Assembly: GCF_009834535.1 (NCBI RefSeq)
Contig: NC_045697.1
Span: 42,968,001-43,032,000, forward strand
Length of the DNA stretch: 64,000 bases
Reading direction: 5' to 3'
Origin: Camelus ferus
Taxonomy: Eukaryota
How positions within the stretch are numbered: position 1 is the first letter of the stretch; each line of letters starts with the position of its first letter. The notes under the pieces were generated by a model, which did no database searches, had not been told where the DNA came from, and worked only from the letters and a program-made list of their open reading frames with translations. Made by a program: the position numbers and the translations under genes. Below, in pieces: positions 13,761 to 27,047 of this stretch.

Positions 13761-15534
13761 AGGTTTCTGGTTTTCTTATGTGACAAGTATTTGAATAAAT
13801 TCCACTCGAGGAAGAAAGAACATCTTTGAATGTAGCCTGGGGAACAGACAGGCTGTAACTCTGTGCTGTAACTCATTTCCGCCCCTGGGTTACACATTTT
13901 GCTCCTGGATTTTAAAGGCCTTGTCCTTGCCATCAAATTGCACTGGGTTTGTTAATAAATGACATTCAGGGAGTCACACTGGCATCGGGATTGGTCTATT
14001 CAGGCAGGGCTTCCCTGAGCGAGGCAGCATGCTGCCCTCAACAGAGAACTCTGTTTATCACTTTGGAGATGCAATAAAAATAACAAATGTCCAGAGTAAA
14101 CCTAATTCACTATGCTACTTAGTATTTGAAATACATAAATATGTCAAGCAAAAGACCTCTAATAGACCCTTTTATCCTGGTAATAGTGTACATATAATTT
14201 TCCTCTCATTAGTACAAAAACTGCCTAGGGAACTCTCAGCCCATCCTTCATCCATTTAATCTGCATTAGCTTACTTTTACCTTGTGTTTAATCTGCTTTC
14301 CCTCAAGGTATTTTGAATAAATCAATAGGAATACATGATTGTTTAATGATTTTTAGAAGAGCTCCCTTCGACCACAGCTGCATGATTTAGAATGACTAAT
14401 TCCACTTTTTACAATTGATCCTTCCCTGTGTGGACCATCCATTTCTGCCAGGCCATTGTGAGGGAATGCTGCAGCAGACTGCTCCCTACTCCCGGGGCTC
14501 CTTGCGGCCGGATGGTGTGCTAGCTGGCAGGTCTCCCCACCCCCCATCACCATCTGATTAAGAATCACACAAAGGCACACTCTCAGCGCCCCTGCTCAGC
14601 TGCTGCTTGGAGGCAGTTTTGGGAGCTCAAAGGTGTCCAGTTTCAAAATCTCTTTCCTCCATTTCTCCTTTTGCTGTTCATGCCCGGGAACTGGACTCTT
14701 CTTCGGACACACTTGGAATTTCCTGAGTCTTCTGATAGTATGGTGGGCAGAGATGTAGCAAAGTAGCAGTAATTCACTTTGCTGGAGGCTCGTTATAGCT
14801 GTCTCAGTTTATCCGGGGTGTGACTGCGTGTGTGTGTGTGTGATCCTGGGATTCCTGTATTCCTGTTCTATTTGGTTACTTTTGAGAATTCTGAACTGGG
14901 ACTAAGAGATCCCAGTCTCATCCGAGTCAGTGTCTTGAATGCTCTGAGTAAGGAACTGTGGCTGGTGATGAGCTTGGAGAAGCAGAGAAAATTGACCAGC
15001 AAAGAAGGATGAAGCAGAGAGGCAGGCACAGGAGGAGACTGTGTGATGTCCTTTGGGAGGATGAGGGCTGAGAGAGAGGCTGCTGTCTTCCTGCCAGCTT
15101 TTCAGGTCTTGATTCTGCTCCTCTGAGATCTGGCAATTGTCCGTCCCCAGGGTTCTCATACTCTTTGTTTTCTTATAATAAACACATCTCCTTTTTTCCT
15201 TAAGTGTATTTGATGTTTCTCTTACTTCAACTCAAGGAACTTTGATTGCAAGAGAATAATGCTGATTGGATCTAATGATATGAGACTTAATTAAAGTGAT
15301 CATACTAGCTTAAATGCCTATCCCTACCAGACTCAGGAAGATATTGTTGGAGGCTTCCAAGTTCATAGAAAAATAGATAAACAAACTTTATTCATCATTT
15401 CCTGTAGCAGTGCCACACTAGAGTGAGAATGAAAATAAAAGTTGCTTCTCCACTGTTTGTCATGTAGAAAATAAAATGTGATGTGTGTTATAATTATTAG
15501 ATAATACTGCATTTTAGTGTAGATTTAGATGTTG

Positions 15535-16050
15535 AATGTCAGTTTTTTTCTGCCTTCTGAGTCTATTACCTCCCTGAGTCTGTTTTCTCATTTGTTGGAG
15601 ATAACAGTTTCTTCTTTTCAGGCTCATTGTGAGAATTAAATGGATAACACATGTCAAGCGCCTGGCTCAGAGCCGATGTTCTTTTCAGCAGAGTGTACAG
15701 TGTATCGAGTGCCTCTGATGTATCCCAGTAATAATAGCTAAAACTTAAGAAGCACTCACTCAGTGCTAGGTGTGACTGCATCCTTTCGTATATTAGTGTA
15801 TTTAATTAAATTCTCACACCAACCCAGGAGGTACATAGCACAACTGCATGTGTTCTGCCCATTGCCCTCTGCACTCACCTTTTCACCTGCGACGACCTTA
15901 CTACTTGCAATCACTAGCTCCTGCAGCTCCCTGTCTGCTGGTGGGAGGCTGCTGAGCCTGCAGGTGGGAGTACGGAAGTGGCAAATCTGAGACTCACACC
16001 TAGGCAGCCTGGCTCTGGAGGCTACATCCCAACCACTATATGCTCTTCTA
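15535..16050. mobile_element. Two MIR fragments in opposite orientation
   Basis: + piece ctgttttctcatttgttggagataac...ttgtgagaattaaatggataac (15570-15670); - piece ttaaattctcacaccaacccaggaggta...gactcacacctaggcagcctggctctggag. Confidence 0.6.
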
Positions 16051-16700
16051 AGACTAAGCAGGATGCAGGGAGGTCAAAGCCAAATTGAAATGTCTGCTTT
16101 CCTTCTTAATTGATGGGATCTGGGAAAATGGAATTGTGTATCATAGTATTTTAGAGCCTAGGTCTAAAAGTCTACCTGTTCATTTTTTTTTTTTTTTTTT
16201 GGTAGGATAAAAATAGTGCTTAGAGCCATGGAAGAACTTGACTAAGTTCACAATATTCAAAGCAGATTAGAAATGGAATTAGAGATAATTCATCCTGCAC
16301 ATTTTAGGGGGCAGTTTTAAACTTCAAAATTTACATTTTATTTTGTATCACATATATGACATAATAAAATCATTGGTTAAGATTCTATAAAATAGCAAGA
16401 ATTTGGACATAGGAGTCAGCCAGGCTTTGGGCTGTAACTGCTATGCCAGTGAGTGAGGCTGGTGATGAAGAAGGACTTGGCAAATCAGCTGGACAGGATT
16501 CTTTTCTATAGCTCTAATGATGTCCAGACCTCAGCCACCTCAAGCTATAGTCAGTATGGGACCCAGATGGACTTTTTAAAAATATGAGGATGAATGTCAT
16601 TCTTACTTAAGATTATTTTAAAAATCTTTCTGGAAGAACAAGTGACAGGAGTAACTATCCATGGGAGAAAAAAGCAAAGAAAGTCCATTAATATTTTTTA

Positions 16701-16823
16701 TTTTTTTTGGCAAGGTGGGAGGTAATTAGGTTTATTTATTTTCAGAGGAGGTACTGGGGATTGAACCCAGGACTTCCTGCATGCTAAGCATGTGTTCTGC
16801 CACTTAAGCTATACCCTCCCCCC
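16701..16823 (-). mobile_element. tRNA-Ala-derived camelid SINE (Vic-1-type), full length with TSD
   Basis: Reverse strand reads GGGGGGAGGGTATAGCTTAAGTGG (A box)...TTAGCAT...GGGTTCAATCCCC (B box)...AATAAATAAACCTAATTACCTCCC then an A-tail; flanked by 17-bp TSD tc(ca/tg)ttaatatttttta at 16684-16700 and 16824-16840. Confidence 0.88.
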
Positions 16824-17054
16824 TCTGTTAATATTTTTTAAACCATCCCCCATTCATGGACAGACATCAGCCTACTACTAATCTAAGAAAGCTTGCCCTC
16901 TAATGAACACATGTAACTCCTGGTGCCCGGAGTTGACGGTGCTCCTTTCTGTCACCTCACCTGGTTTCATCCTTCCTCTCTAACACACTCCCGTTAGGTT
17001 GTAAATCCCTCAGTGATCAGTCATGCTCTGCATCTGTGCTTTCTGTCTGCCAGG

Positions 17055-17230
17055 TACCCAGCTAAGCATTTTCCAAGCACTCTCTCATTTCATTCTTTCA
17101 ACAACTTTAGGAGGTAAGTACTATTATTAACTCCATTTTAGAGATGTAGACGATGAGGAAGCTGAGGAACATAGGAGCCCTAAAGATTATAAGTGAGCTG
17201 GGGCTCAAACTCAGGCACTCCAACTAAACA
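17055..17230 (-). mobile_element. MIR SINE
   Basis: ctcatttcattctttcaacaactttaggaggtaagtactattattaactccattttagagatg...gggctcaaactcaggc. Confidence 0.75.
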
Positions 17231-17344
17231 ACTCTATGTACCCTCTCTTGCCTTAGACATATTTGTCTACTTGAGGCAATTGCTGAGCACAAATGTTCCT
17301 TTGTTCCATAATCATGAGAAGGGAGACACGTGCTGAAATCGTTT

Positions 17345-18016
17345 TGTTTTTTAAAGATTTAACTTTTTTAGAACAGTTTTAGGTTCACAACAAAATTGAG
17401 AGGAAGGTACAGAGATTTCCCATATACCCCCTGCCCCCACACAAGCACAGCCTCTGCCGTTATCAGCATCCTCCACTGGAATGGTCCATCTGCTACAGCT
17501 GGTGAACTTACACTGACATGCCACAGTCGCCCAAAGTCCATAGTTTACCTTGGGGTTCACTCTTGATGTTGAACGTTCTGTGAGTTTGGAGGAATGTATA
17601 ATGACTCTATCTATCAGTATAATATCATACAGAGTATTTTCACTACACTGAAAATCCTCTGTGCTCCACCTGTTCGTCCCTCCTCCTGACTCCAGTCCCT
17701 GGAAACCACTGATCTTTTTACTGTCTTCAGAGTTTTGCCTTTGCCTGAATGTCCTATGGTTGTGATCATACTGTTTATAGCCTTTTCAGATTGGCTTCTT
17801 TCACGTAGCAATATGCACTTTAAGTTCCTCCACATCTTTTTGAGGCTTGATAGATCATTTTCTTTTTAGCACTGAATGAAACTCCATTGCTTAGATGTAC
17901 CACAGCTTACTTACCCTTTGTTGCTGGAGGTCATCTTGGTTACTTCCAAGTTTTGGCAACTATGAGTAAAGCTGCTGTAAATGTCAGTGTGCAGGTTTTT
18001 GTGTGGACATAAGTTC
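17345..18016 (-). mobile_element. L1MC1/2-type L1 3' end
   Basis: acagttttaggttcacaacaaaattgagaggaaggtacagagatttcccatataccccctgccccc...aaagtccatagtttac...ggttcactctt; the ORF-track peptide MNPKVNYGLW is typical of L1MC 3' UTR sequence. Confidence 0.88.
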
Positions 18017-21000
18017 TAGATACTTTTTTCTTTTTTACTTTAAGCAGAAAATTTAGTCTGCCATAAGTTTGTGGGGTACTTCCTTCACATTTTTTAGAAT
18101 GAAAACACAGGCTCCCAAGCAGATGCATACTTGTCCAGAGCCATCCAGGTGGTAGGAGCTGTGCTGAACTGTCAAGCCAGGCTTGCCTGACTTGAGGGAC
18201 AGTATTCTTAACACTCTCCAGCACTGTCTGTCTCAAAGAAGGGGCAACTCTGGATCTCTCTGTCTATATATTTTTAAGAGGGCTTGCCTATGTTGCTGAT
18301 TAAATAGAGTTACATGACACTTCATCTAAGTGTAGTAGGGAAAGGCTTTGGACATGCTGGAATGAAGGAGCGGGGCTGTGCATGCCCCTGCTCTACTAAG
18401 CACAGGGAGTAGATCAGAAGGTGCAGAACACGAGGGAGGGGGCTTTGAGGAAGCTGGCCTAGCTGCAAGGAGGAGCGGAGTGGGGAGCCATGCTGGTGAA
18501 TCAGGGCCGAGGAACAGAACCTGACAGAGGGGAGACCTAGTTGAGTCTTCGTTAGTGTTTGTTGGCCTGGAGGATGCTTTCTTTCCACGTGAATTTTAGA
18601 GAGGGCTTGGCTGATTCTAGAAGCAGTTTATTCAGTGCAGAGCTGGGAAAGTCTTGTATTCTTTGCAGTCCAGAGATGGTCTCTGTTTTAAAATATCTCA
18701 GCCTCCCTTTAGCCCTAAAGTTCAGTGAAGAACACACAGGGCTTGGGATCAGTTAGAACTTAAGTCACGGAGACAGAGCAGCGTTGGGAATTCTTCTTTT
18801 GAGGATGAAAGAACTGAAATCCAGCTGCCCCCTGCTCTGCCTTTATCAAACTCACTCTCACTTAGGAAGTTGCTCTCCTGCTGTGGGACTTTCCAGCTGG
18901 AGGAAACCTTAGCTAAAAGTCTGTTGACCACCTTTGGTCATGATCATATCCTGTCATGAGCCAGTATATTCATAATGACTTTGTTAGGGAAAACTGGACC
19001 AGTGAGTTAATTTTTTTTTTAAGGAAGTTTGGAGCCGAGGTACTATTATTCAATCAGAATGGATGAAGTGCATTTTCCCCCCCACAAAATAGAGCTCTTT
19101 ACATTCACTAGGTCCAGAAATAGAGTCCAGATGGCTCAAGGCAGACAAATATTACTTAGTAATTTCTTGAAAGTACGGGAGCCACACCATTAAACCTTCT
19201 GGCTACCTATTTCGTTGTTAGAAACCTTGCCAGCTGCTCTCTCCAGCTAGCTCACTGAGTCCATTCTTCAGGGTGAGCAAGACCTCGGGTGCATAGAAGC
19301 TGACATTTATATGTGCCGTGGGGCATTATTTTTAGCAGCCATTTCATTGTAATAATGGAAAACAAGGATTGGGACACTCAATAAGAAGTAAAAAGTTGGA
19401 AATGATCAGCTGGATATTTCAGGCCTCTAAAATTATGTGATTAATTCATAACCTAAGATTCTACCCTGTGAAAAAATTTATGGTCTGAATAAACCCAACT
19501 ATAAATCACCTGATTTATGTCTAATGGGTAGAGTATGATTTCCTTTTTCCCTTTTTGGGTAGGAATGAGTGTGAGGTTCCGTGAAAGAAGAGTTTAATTT
19601 TATGTTTTTAACTTTAGATTTGCAAATAGAGACCATTTCCTTGGACTTGAAGTGAGTGTGTGTAATAAGCACATGCCATTGTTAACAGACTATAAAAAAT
19701 GTTCTTTTGCATAGAAGCATTCACTGGTGGGCATGTATGTATACACATTTCTACAGGAGATTGTTAATGGACTGTTTTAAACCCTTACATCAACTGTTTT
19801 TTAAACAAGCTTCTTTGGGGCATCGCTTAAAATGTTTGCATTTTGGTAGCTGATCAAAGTCTTGGAGGTTTTGTGTAAATCAGTAGAGCTGGCATGACCA
19901 GTGCAGGATTTGAGGCCAAGGGAGGTTTTGTTTGAAGAATGGCACTGTTGCGGGGCTTGCCAGCCAGACGGTGAAGAATGCACTTCTGTTTTTGCCTCCC
20001 TACTGTACCTTCTTTTATCCTCTGCCTGTCCTCTGAGGACATGTGGAATTCTTCCCAGCCCCATTCTGCTTAACCTTGCTTCTGATCTTTCTATTCAGTC
20101 CTTTAAGACTCTCACACACATAAACATCTCTCTCTGACAACACGCCCAAATATACTGATTCCAAGACCCGGCCTGGTTTGCATGCAGTTAGCTTGGCTCA
20201 TGTCTCCTGAAGGGGGCTGCCTTGGATTGGACACATAAGGCCCTTGAAGTCATGCCAAGCAAAAGCCCTGGCAGTGAGTCAAAACCTAAAAAGCTGAGTT
20301 GGCTAGTTGGCTACCTGTGCTGTGAAATGTAGATGTGTCAAGCCTCCCCTCCACTCTCAGGCTCATTGAGCCTGACATGTTCCAGAGTGGAGAACTGCTA
20401 ATACTTACTTCTTACCTTGTTGGGGATGAAACTTCTGGGGTTAAATTGGTTTGGCCAGTGTCCTCATTTTACTTGATCTATGGAGAGAAGGTTTAAATAC
20501 TAAAGACCCCCTTATCACCAATTTTATGAGCAAACCATGAGCAAAGAATTTAAAACTAACAAAAAATTGGTTACAAACCACTAAAAAAAACTAAATAATT
20601 TTAAACAAACAAAAAAACTAATGAAAGACACCTTGGTGGCACAATAATTATAGTACTTCTCTGAAAGTAATGTTTAATACTTGAATGATTATGACTTATT
20701 AAGGAAACACTTTCTTGCTTGTGTTTAGTAAATTAAAGGCAACAATAAAATGTAGGTTGGAAAGGAAATCTTCTCATGTAATTTTATGGTTGCTTTTATA
20801 TCATTAAGGAAATAGCTCATTTGGTTGCAAATTGCAACTTCCATGATGAAGGAAACATGACAAAAATGGTTGCAAAAATCGACAGTTCCTATGAAGCAAA
20901 CCATTGCTTCTCCCTGTGCTTGGATACCAAGGACCTCTGGTTGGATGAAAAGGATCCTTCTCTACCAGAAGAATAGAACACCTCTTTGTCCCAACTTTTA

Positions 21001-21659
21001 GATGCTAAAATATGGAACAAATATATTCATCTTAAAATTCTTGAAATTGGATTGATTGTTTTGGTGGAATCTTTGAAGGCTTGAAGGGCCTTGACTAATC
21101 TTGTTTTTCTTATAATGAAGGATCCCTGCCATTCATCCAGGAGTCCCTGGCAGTTATCACGGGAGGAAAAAATATTTTCCAGAGGAAGCAGTATTTTCCA
21201 GGGGGTTATCATATCATTGATGTTCTCAGTGGTTTTATATGGTGGGAATCTCATAGGTGATTTTGATCAAGAAAAATGGGAATAACAGTATCTACTTTGT
21301 GTTGATGTAGAAATTAAGTTAGATAAACTTAAAGCCCTGGAGCATAGTAGGAGCTTAATAGATATTAGCACCTATCCCTTCTAATCTGAAAATAAAGTAT
21401 AGATTGAGAGAGTTCACATTCTCTAGTTATTTATTTACATATCCATCACCCATTTCCACCCTTTGCCTCTAACTGTGCCCGCCACTTTTTTTTCCCTGTA
21501 GTGTGTGGAATACTGCTTGGCATACAATAGATACTCAGGAAATAATTGTTGACTTGAAGACTGGGTAGTGGAAAATAATGTAAGATATGTCTATTCAGGT
21601 TAAATTGTGGAAGACTAGACTAGAAAGCCATGAAAATATGGTTCTTAGTTTCCAGCTTA

Positions 21660-22520
21660 GTAAATATTCATCTTCTTTCCCCAAAACTTAGTTCTTAAAA
21701 TCATTCATCTTCCTAGACTAGAAATCTTGGGGTTGTATTCAACTCTGCCCTTTTCTTGCACCAAATGTTGTCATTTGTGTCTTTAAATTTATGGATTCAC
21801 ATTTTGTTCTTTATTTTTATTTTATTCTCACCTGTCAAGAGCCTCAACACATGAATTACTTCCATAGCGTTCTGATCTCAATCCCAGCCTTTTTTTTTTT
21901 CTCTTTCTGTCTTCAACCTTTTTAAGTGAGATGCAAGACTCATCTTTCCAAAGCACTCATTTGATTATTTAAGACCAGGCTCAAATTTATGACCTTTTCC
22001 TTATGACCATGTCTCCCTCCTACTTAACAAAACAAGACCGACTCCTTAATCTGGTGATCAGACTCATCCACTGTGTAGAACCCATTGTACTTAGTCCGTC
22101 TTCTTTCTTTCCACGTATACCATGAATGTTCCACTACAGAAGGACTTCTATATCTGTTTGTTTTTTTTCCCCACATCCTCCTGAATCCCAGTACTTCTTC
22201 CTGCCATTTGACTTTGGTCATGCTCTCCTCTTAGTCTGAAATCTCTCTCTTCCTTCTACACTTTTCTACATCCTGTTCATACGCTCAGATCTACAAAATC
22301 TTCTCCAGTGATCTCAGCCCATGTTGATCTCTCCCTATTTGAAAACCTCAGGAGTTACTTTTAATTGCTTTACGCTTGTTAGTTTTGCTTCTTCTGCTAA
22401 ATTATAAAGCTCTTGAGTCCAATCACCTGAGCTTTTATAGCTTCTGTGTTCCTCTTAACGCAGAGCTAGGACTTCGTCATAGGAGCTGAGAGTTGTTTTC
22501 CTACTGATGAATTGAATTAG
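21660..22520 (+). mobile_element. L2 LINE 3' region (degenerate)
   Basis: Pyrimidine-rich L2 sense motifs ctagaaatcttggggttgtattcaactc, taaagctcttgag, ending gatgaattgaat. Confidence 0.6.
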
Positions 22521-22829
22521 AGGACCAGTTAAGATGACTGAGCAAGAAACTACCTCAAGAGAAAGGTGGTTCTTAAGGAATAATAGCATGGTCTAGCTTG
22601 GGCCACAGAATGGAATGGAATGAAGGGAGAATTTGTATTAGGAATAAAATATTTTAGGTAAACTTGTGGATCATTGTGTGAATTGTTGCTGAAAGTCACC
22701 TGAAATTTATTTCCAGAAGTGTGTGAATGTTCAAGGATATAGCACAGAAATATTATTAAAATCTCTTTAGAGTCTCAAGATTTAAATCTTGTAACACTGT
22801 GAATCCCTAATTGATTTAGACTTTTTGTG

Positions 22830-23097
22830 AGGCTTTTCAAAACTGTTACATGATGAAACACTGTGTTCTGTGAGAAAGCTGAAGTGTTTAATGGTCAGCA
22901 TACTTTGGGAAATGTGATTAATCTAGAGAGTTTTTTTTTAAACTGCAGAGACTCTCAAAGTCTTTTGAATGCTATTGTACACTGTGAGTCTCCAGATTCA
23001 TGACAAAACTCCCCCCCCCCCCTTTTTCATGAGGAATACATATTATATCACAATGAATACTGAAGTTCCATAGAACATGATCTAAGAACACACAGCT
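22830..23097. mobile_element. hAT-Charlie-type non-autonomous element (MER112/113/119-like)
   Basis: gaaacactgtgttctgtgaga...catactttgggaaatg...actgcagagactctcaaagtcttttgaatgctattgtacactgtgagtctcca...gttccatagaaca; exact family uncertain. Confidence 0.5.
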
Positions 23098-23724
23098 GTG
23101 AAGGTCAAAGACTTTTCAATTGTTTGGTTAATGTTAGTCATTCTTATAACTTAATCTAAGTAAATTTAACCTGTCCTAATTAGAATATGGTCCCTTCAAA
23201 TTTCCCAGATGTGTATGGCAATGAGATGGTTAATGAAAGTCAATTTACTTAAAGGTAAATCCATAGCAAGCTCTTGAAATGGACAAGCTGAACTCCTTTT
23301 TTACAATTGTCCTATCATGCTGGAAGCTCCAATTTATTAAGCTTTAAATGTTGCCAATTTTGTTGTTCAAATTCCTATCCTAGAGCAATTGGATTTGCAG
23401 ACCAGGAACTGGTAAATGGATGTTGGATTAAAGCTCACAACGGAGACATAAATGCTTTTTTGGCACCATGACTTGGCATGGATTGACATCAAAGCTTATT
23501 TGCTCATTTTTCCCCCTAAATTGGAGGCATTTTAACCTATTTAAGTTCTAGATTTTCGGAGTAAATGTTCTATGAGTTCATTATAAAATTATACTATAAT
23601 AACCTTCTGGAAAGCTCAAGTTTTTCCAATTCAGCATTCCAGTTCTTTTCCTTTTAGAAGTTCTCTATATTTCATTGGTCTGTCAGGTACCCAACAGTAC
23701 ACCATCATGACCACCATCATCACT

Positions 23725-23930
23725 TGTACTGCCATTAACACTGTTTAATGATCCTTACTGTGAACCAGACATTGTAATAAAAATATTACATATATTTTCT
23801 CACTTAATCCTAACAACAATTCTTTCAAGTAGGATTTCACATTCGAGGAAATTGAGTTTGTGAGAGATTGGATAACATTTAAACTCAGTTCTGTCATATC
23901 ACAAAGCATAAACACTTAACTATTGTACTC
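23725..23930 (-). mobile_element. MIR SINE
   Basis: ttactgtgaaccagacattg...ctcacttaatcctaacaacaattc...gaggaaattgagtttgtgagag...tttaaactcagttctgtc. Confidence 0.7.
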
Positions 23931-24792
23931 CATGGATTTAGGCACAGTTTCTAATGGGTACCCATACGCATGTGTGCATAAGAAATCACATATGTTCTTT
24001 TGTTCCTTTGAGTATTTCTTGGCAAAGATGGTTACAGATTCCTTTTATCTTGTGGAAGTAGGTAGATTCTCTCACCAAGTCTAGAAAGTAGGGATATCAA
24101 ATACATGCAGTCCTCAATTTGCAAAATTCTGGTATGAACAGACTTCAGTTATTATGGTTTACTGAAACAGTACCAGTACCCAACAATGTGGTTCAAATTT
24201 TAGTTACTCCAGTACATTAACTGTGAGCAACTGCATAAAGTATAAACTTCACTGCTAGCTCTTTCATCCAAAAATCACTATGTAAATGACAGATAAGTAT
24301 CATGATCAGTGATCAGTCACAGTATTCAGACTCTGTCAGTGATTGGTCACTGAGCATCTGTTATGCAGCTCATGCACAGACAACAAAGTGTTTGTTGTGT
24401 TGCCTCCTTGTGTTATTTTTGTTTTTATTTTGCTGATTGAATATTTGCTGCCCACTCACTAAATGCCAGGCATCATGCTGGGTGCCAGAGATCAAGTAGT
24501 GAAGAAGACACCTTTTGAGGGGCAGATGCATGGTGAACTTGGGAGACTGACAAAGCCTTGTGGCATCTTACAGGAGTGCATAACTGAAAGAAGGAATTGT
24601 CCAACAAAGGTGAAATTGCAACAAAGAAATAAAAAGTGAGCATGCTGGAAGAGAAATTCAGATTAAACTTAAATGGAGTTGTAGAATAAATAACTGAGGG
24701 AATGTTGACACTGTCCTTATTCAAGAGACTCTGAACATGCAGCTGAGGAACTTGATGAAGGCAAACTCATCGTCATAAATGAGGAAAGTCAT

Positions 24793-26150
24793 GGAGAGAA
24801 GCAAGATGGCAGAGTAGAATGACACTTGTAGCTCACTCTCTCCCACAAATACACCAAAACTCACATCTACGGACCCACTCAGCCAACCAGAGCACCTGCT
24901 GAACTCTGACAGAACATCGCCCTCTTCGAAAGACAAAGATGCCAAAAATCTGGTAGGAGAAAAGGAAAAAAGAAAGAAGAAAAAGCAAAACAGTGCAGGA
25001 TTGGTCCTGTGGGGAGGGAGCGGCAAAGGAGGAATAGTGCTCGTTCACTGGGTCTCCCTCCTCCAACAGAGAGGCTAGTGGGACAGAGCGGGAGCCTCCA
25101 AGGCTCAGATCTGCCTCGAGCACCCCTCGACTGACAGAATGGAGTTAAACGGGCACAAAGGATCCCTGCAACACCCAGCCCGAGATGCGAGCTGGCAGCT
25201 GGGGGCTAGGACAGGCTGCCCGAGCTGGGCGGAGGACTGGGGCAGCTGCACTGAGGCAGCCCCAGGGGACTGCAGGGTGCTGCGCGCCATGGCTGGGAGG
25301 GGATACGGAGCAGAATAACCTCGATCCCCCATAAATTGCAAAAAAAGCAAAGCAACAAGGCTGGTGGGACCTGGGGGGAGGGGTGCTGTAGCCTTTGTCT
25401 CCTCAGACCCGTGGCGCCATTACCCGTGGCGCTATTACTGGCGCTTCTCGTGGGAAGAGAGGCGGGGCGCAGCCACAGCCGCCATATCCTCCTGTGCGCA
25501 GCGCCTGGGCGGGGGGGGGGGGGGGGCGAGACCTGAATCCACACCCGGGCGCTCAGCAACCTCCTGGGCAGGACTGGAACTTGTTTACAGCCCAAGGCAG
25601 ATAGGATCTTTCTGCCCTGGCACCTCAGAGAACTCGCACCACCAAGACAAACAAGGAGCTGAGATTTGGCATGGAACAGGGGTGGGGCTGTTCTGCGGTC
25701 TTCCGCGAGCCTGCCTTTGGAGCGCTGACCCGAGGTGGAGCAGGCAGCTGCACAGAGCAGTGGAGCAACTGGCGCTGGGAGAGGGCAGGCGGCCACCCGC
25801 CTTCCTGGCAGGAACGCGGCACCTGACTGCGGTGCTGGGAGGGGGCACTATCCACCCACCTGCCTTGCCTAAGCGCAGCATCTGACTATGGCATCGGGAG
25901 AGGGAGTGACCTGCCTGCCCACTGGGTAAGAGCTCAGCACCTGACCCAGTGTTGGGAGGGGGCGCGATCTGCTAGCCGACAGCCACTGGGAGCAGCACAG
26001 ATGAGGGCACCAACAGAGGGCCTCTGGAAACAGCAAGCTGAGTTCACAAAACAGGGCAAAGACACAAAGACCTCTTTATAAAATCATTAAGAGCACGCCG
26101 TCTCCAGGAAAACTAGATAACCGACACTCCTTAAGCCACAGTGCCAGAGA
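24793..26150 (+). promoter_or_regulatory. L1 5'UTR internal promoter, CpG-rich, with YY1-type site
   Basis: caagatggc at 24802-24810, the usual position of the L1 YY1 site; many retained CpGs at 25000-26000; G16 run at 25511-25526. Confidence 0.8.
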
Positions 26151-27047
26151 GATATGAGCAATTAAAAGATCAAGAGAAATCCCAATTAAAAGATCAAGAG
26201 AAATCCCCTGAAAGCATGATCAAGGAAATAGACATTGATGGCCTAGATCAAGATTTCAAAAAAGGACTGATTAAAGTACTAAAGGAACTAAATGAAATAG
26301 TATTTAGAGGTATAAAATATGTCAAAAATGAGATAGAAGCTATAAAGGAGAACCAAGTAGAATTAGTAAACTCATTTGCTGAGATGAGAGCTGACCTAAA
26401 GTCTGTACAAAGCAGGCTAGATAATGCAGAGGAACAAACAAGTGACCTAGAAGACAGGACAACAGAAAGCACCCAATCAGAACAGCTGAGAGAAAAACAA
26501 ATAAAAACCAATGAAAACAATATAAGGGACCTATGGGATAATATAAAGTGTGCCAATCTATGCATAATAGGGGTTCCAGAAGGGGAAGAAAGAACAAAGG
26601 GGATTGAAAAGGTATTTGAAGAAATCATGACTGAAAACTCCCCAAACCTAAAGGAATCAGATATCCAAGTACAGGAGGCTCAGAGGGTCCCAAACAGGAA
26701 GAACCCAAAAAGACTCACACTAAGACATATCATAATCAAGATGGACAGAGTCAAGGATAAAGAAATGATCCTAAAGGCAGCAAGAGAAAAACAAAGAGTG
26801 AGTTACAAGGGAACCCCCATAAGGCTCTCAGCTGATTTCTGTACACAAACACTACAGTCCAGAAGGGAGTGGCAAGATATATTCAAAGTCCTGAATGAAA
26901 AAAAAGACGCAGCCTAGGATACTTTATCCAGCAAGGCTATCCTTTAGGATAGAAGGAGACATAAAGAGTTTCACAGACAAGCAAAAACTACAAGAGTTTA
27001 GCAACACTAAACCCATGTTAAAAGAAATATTGAAAGGTCTACTCTAA
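26141..27047 (+). pseudogene. L1 ORF1p (RNA-binding chaperone), disrupted
   Basis: Coiled-coil region, NLCIIGVPEGEE, RHIIIKM, ILKAAREK, YKGTPIRLSADF; frameshift in the A-run near 26900; native end KEILKGLL* at 27047; start region altered by a 24-bp duplication. Confidence 0.93.

Noticed and set aside
16740..16823. tRNA-Ala(AGC) gene
   Set aside because: Stems are degenerate, and it has a SINE tail, A-rich end and TSD, so it is a SINE
25105..25885. Long overlapping ORFs in the L1 5'UTR, including a 196-aa antisense ORF (possible ORF0 analogue)
   Set aside because: The 196-aa ORF starts at GTG, GC-rich DNA is naturally stop-poor, the poly-Pro/Gly comes from the G16 run, and no domain is recognisable
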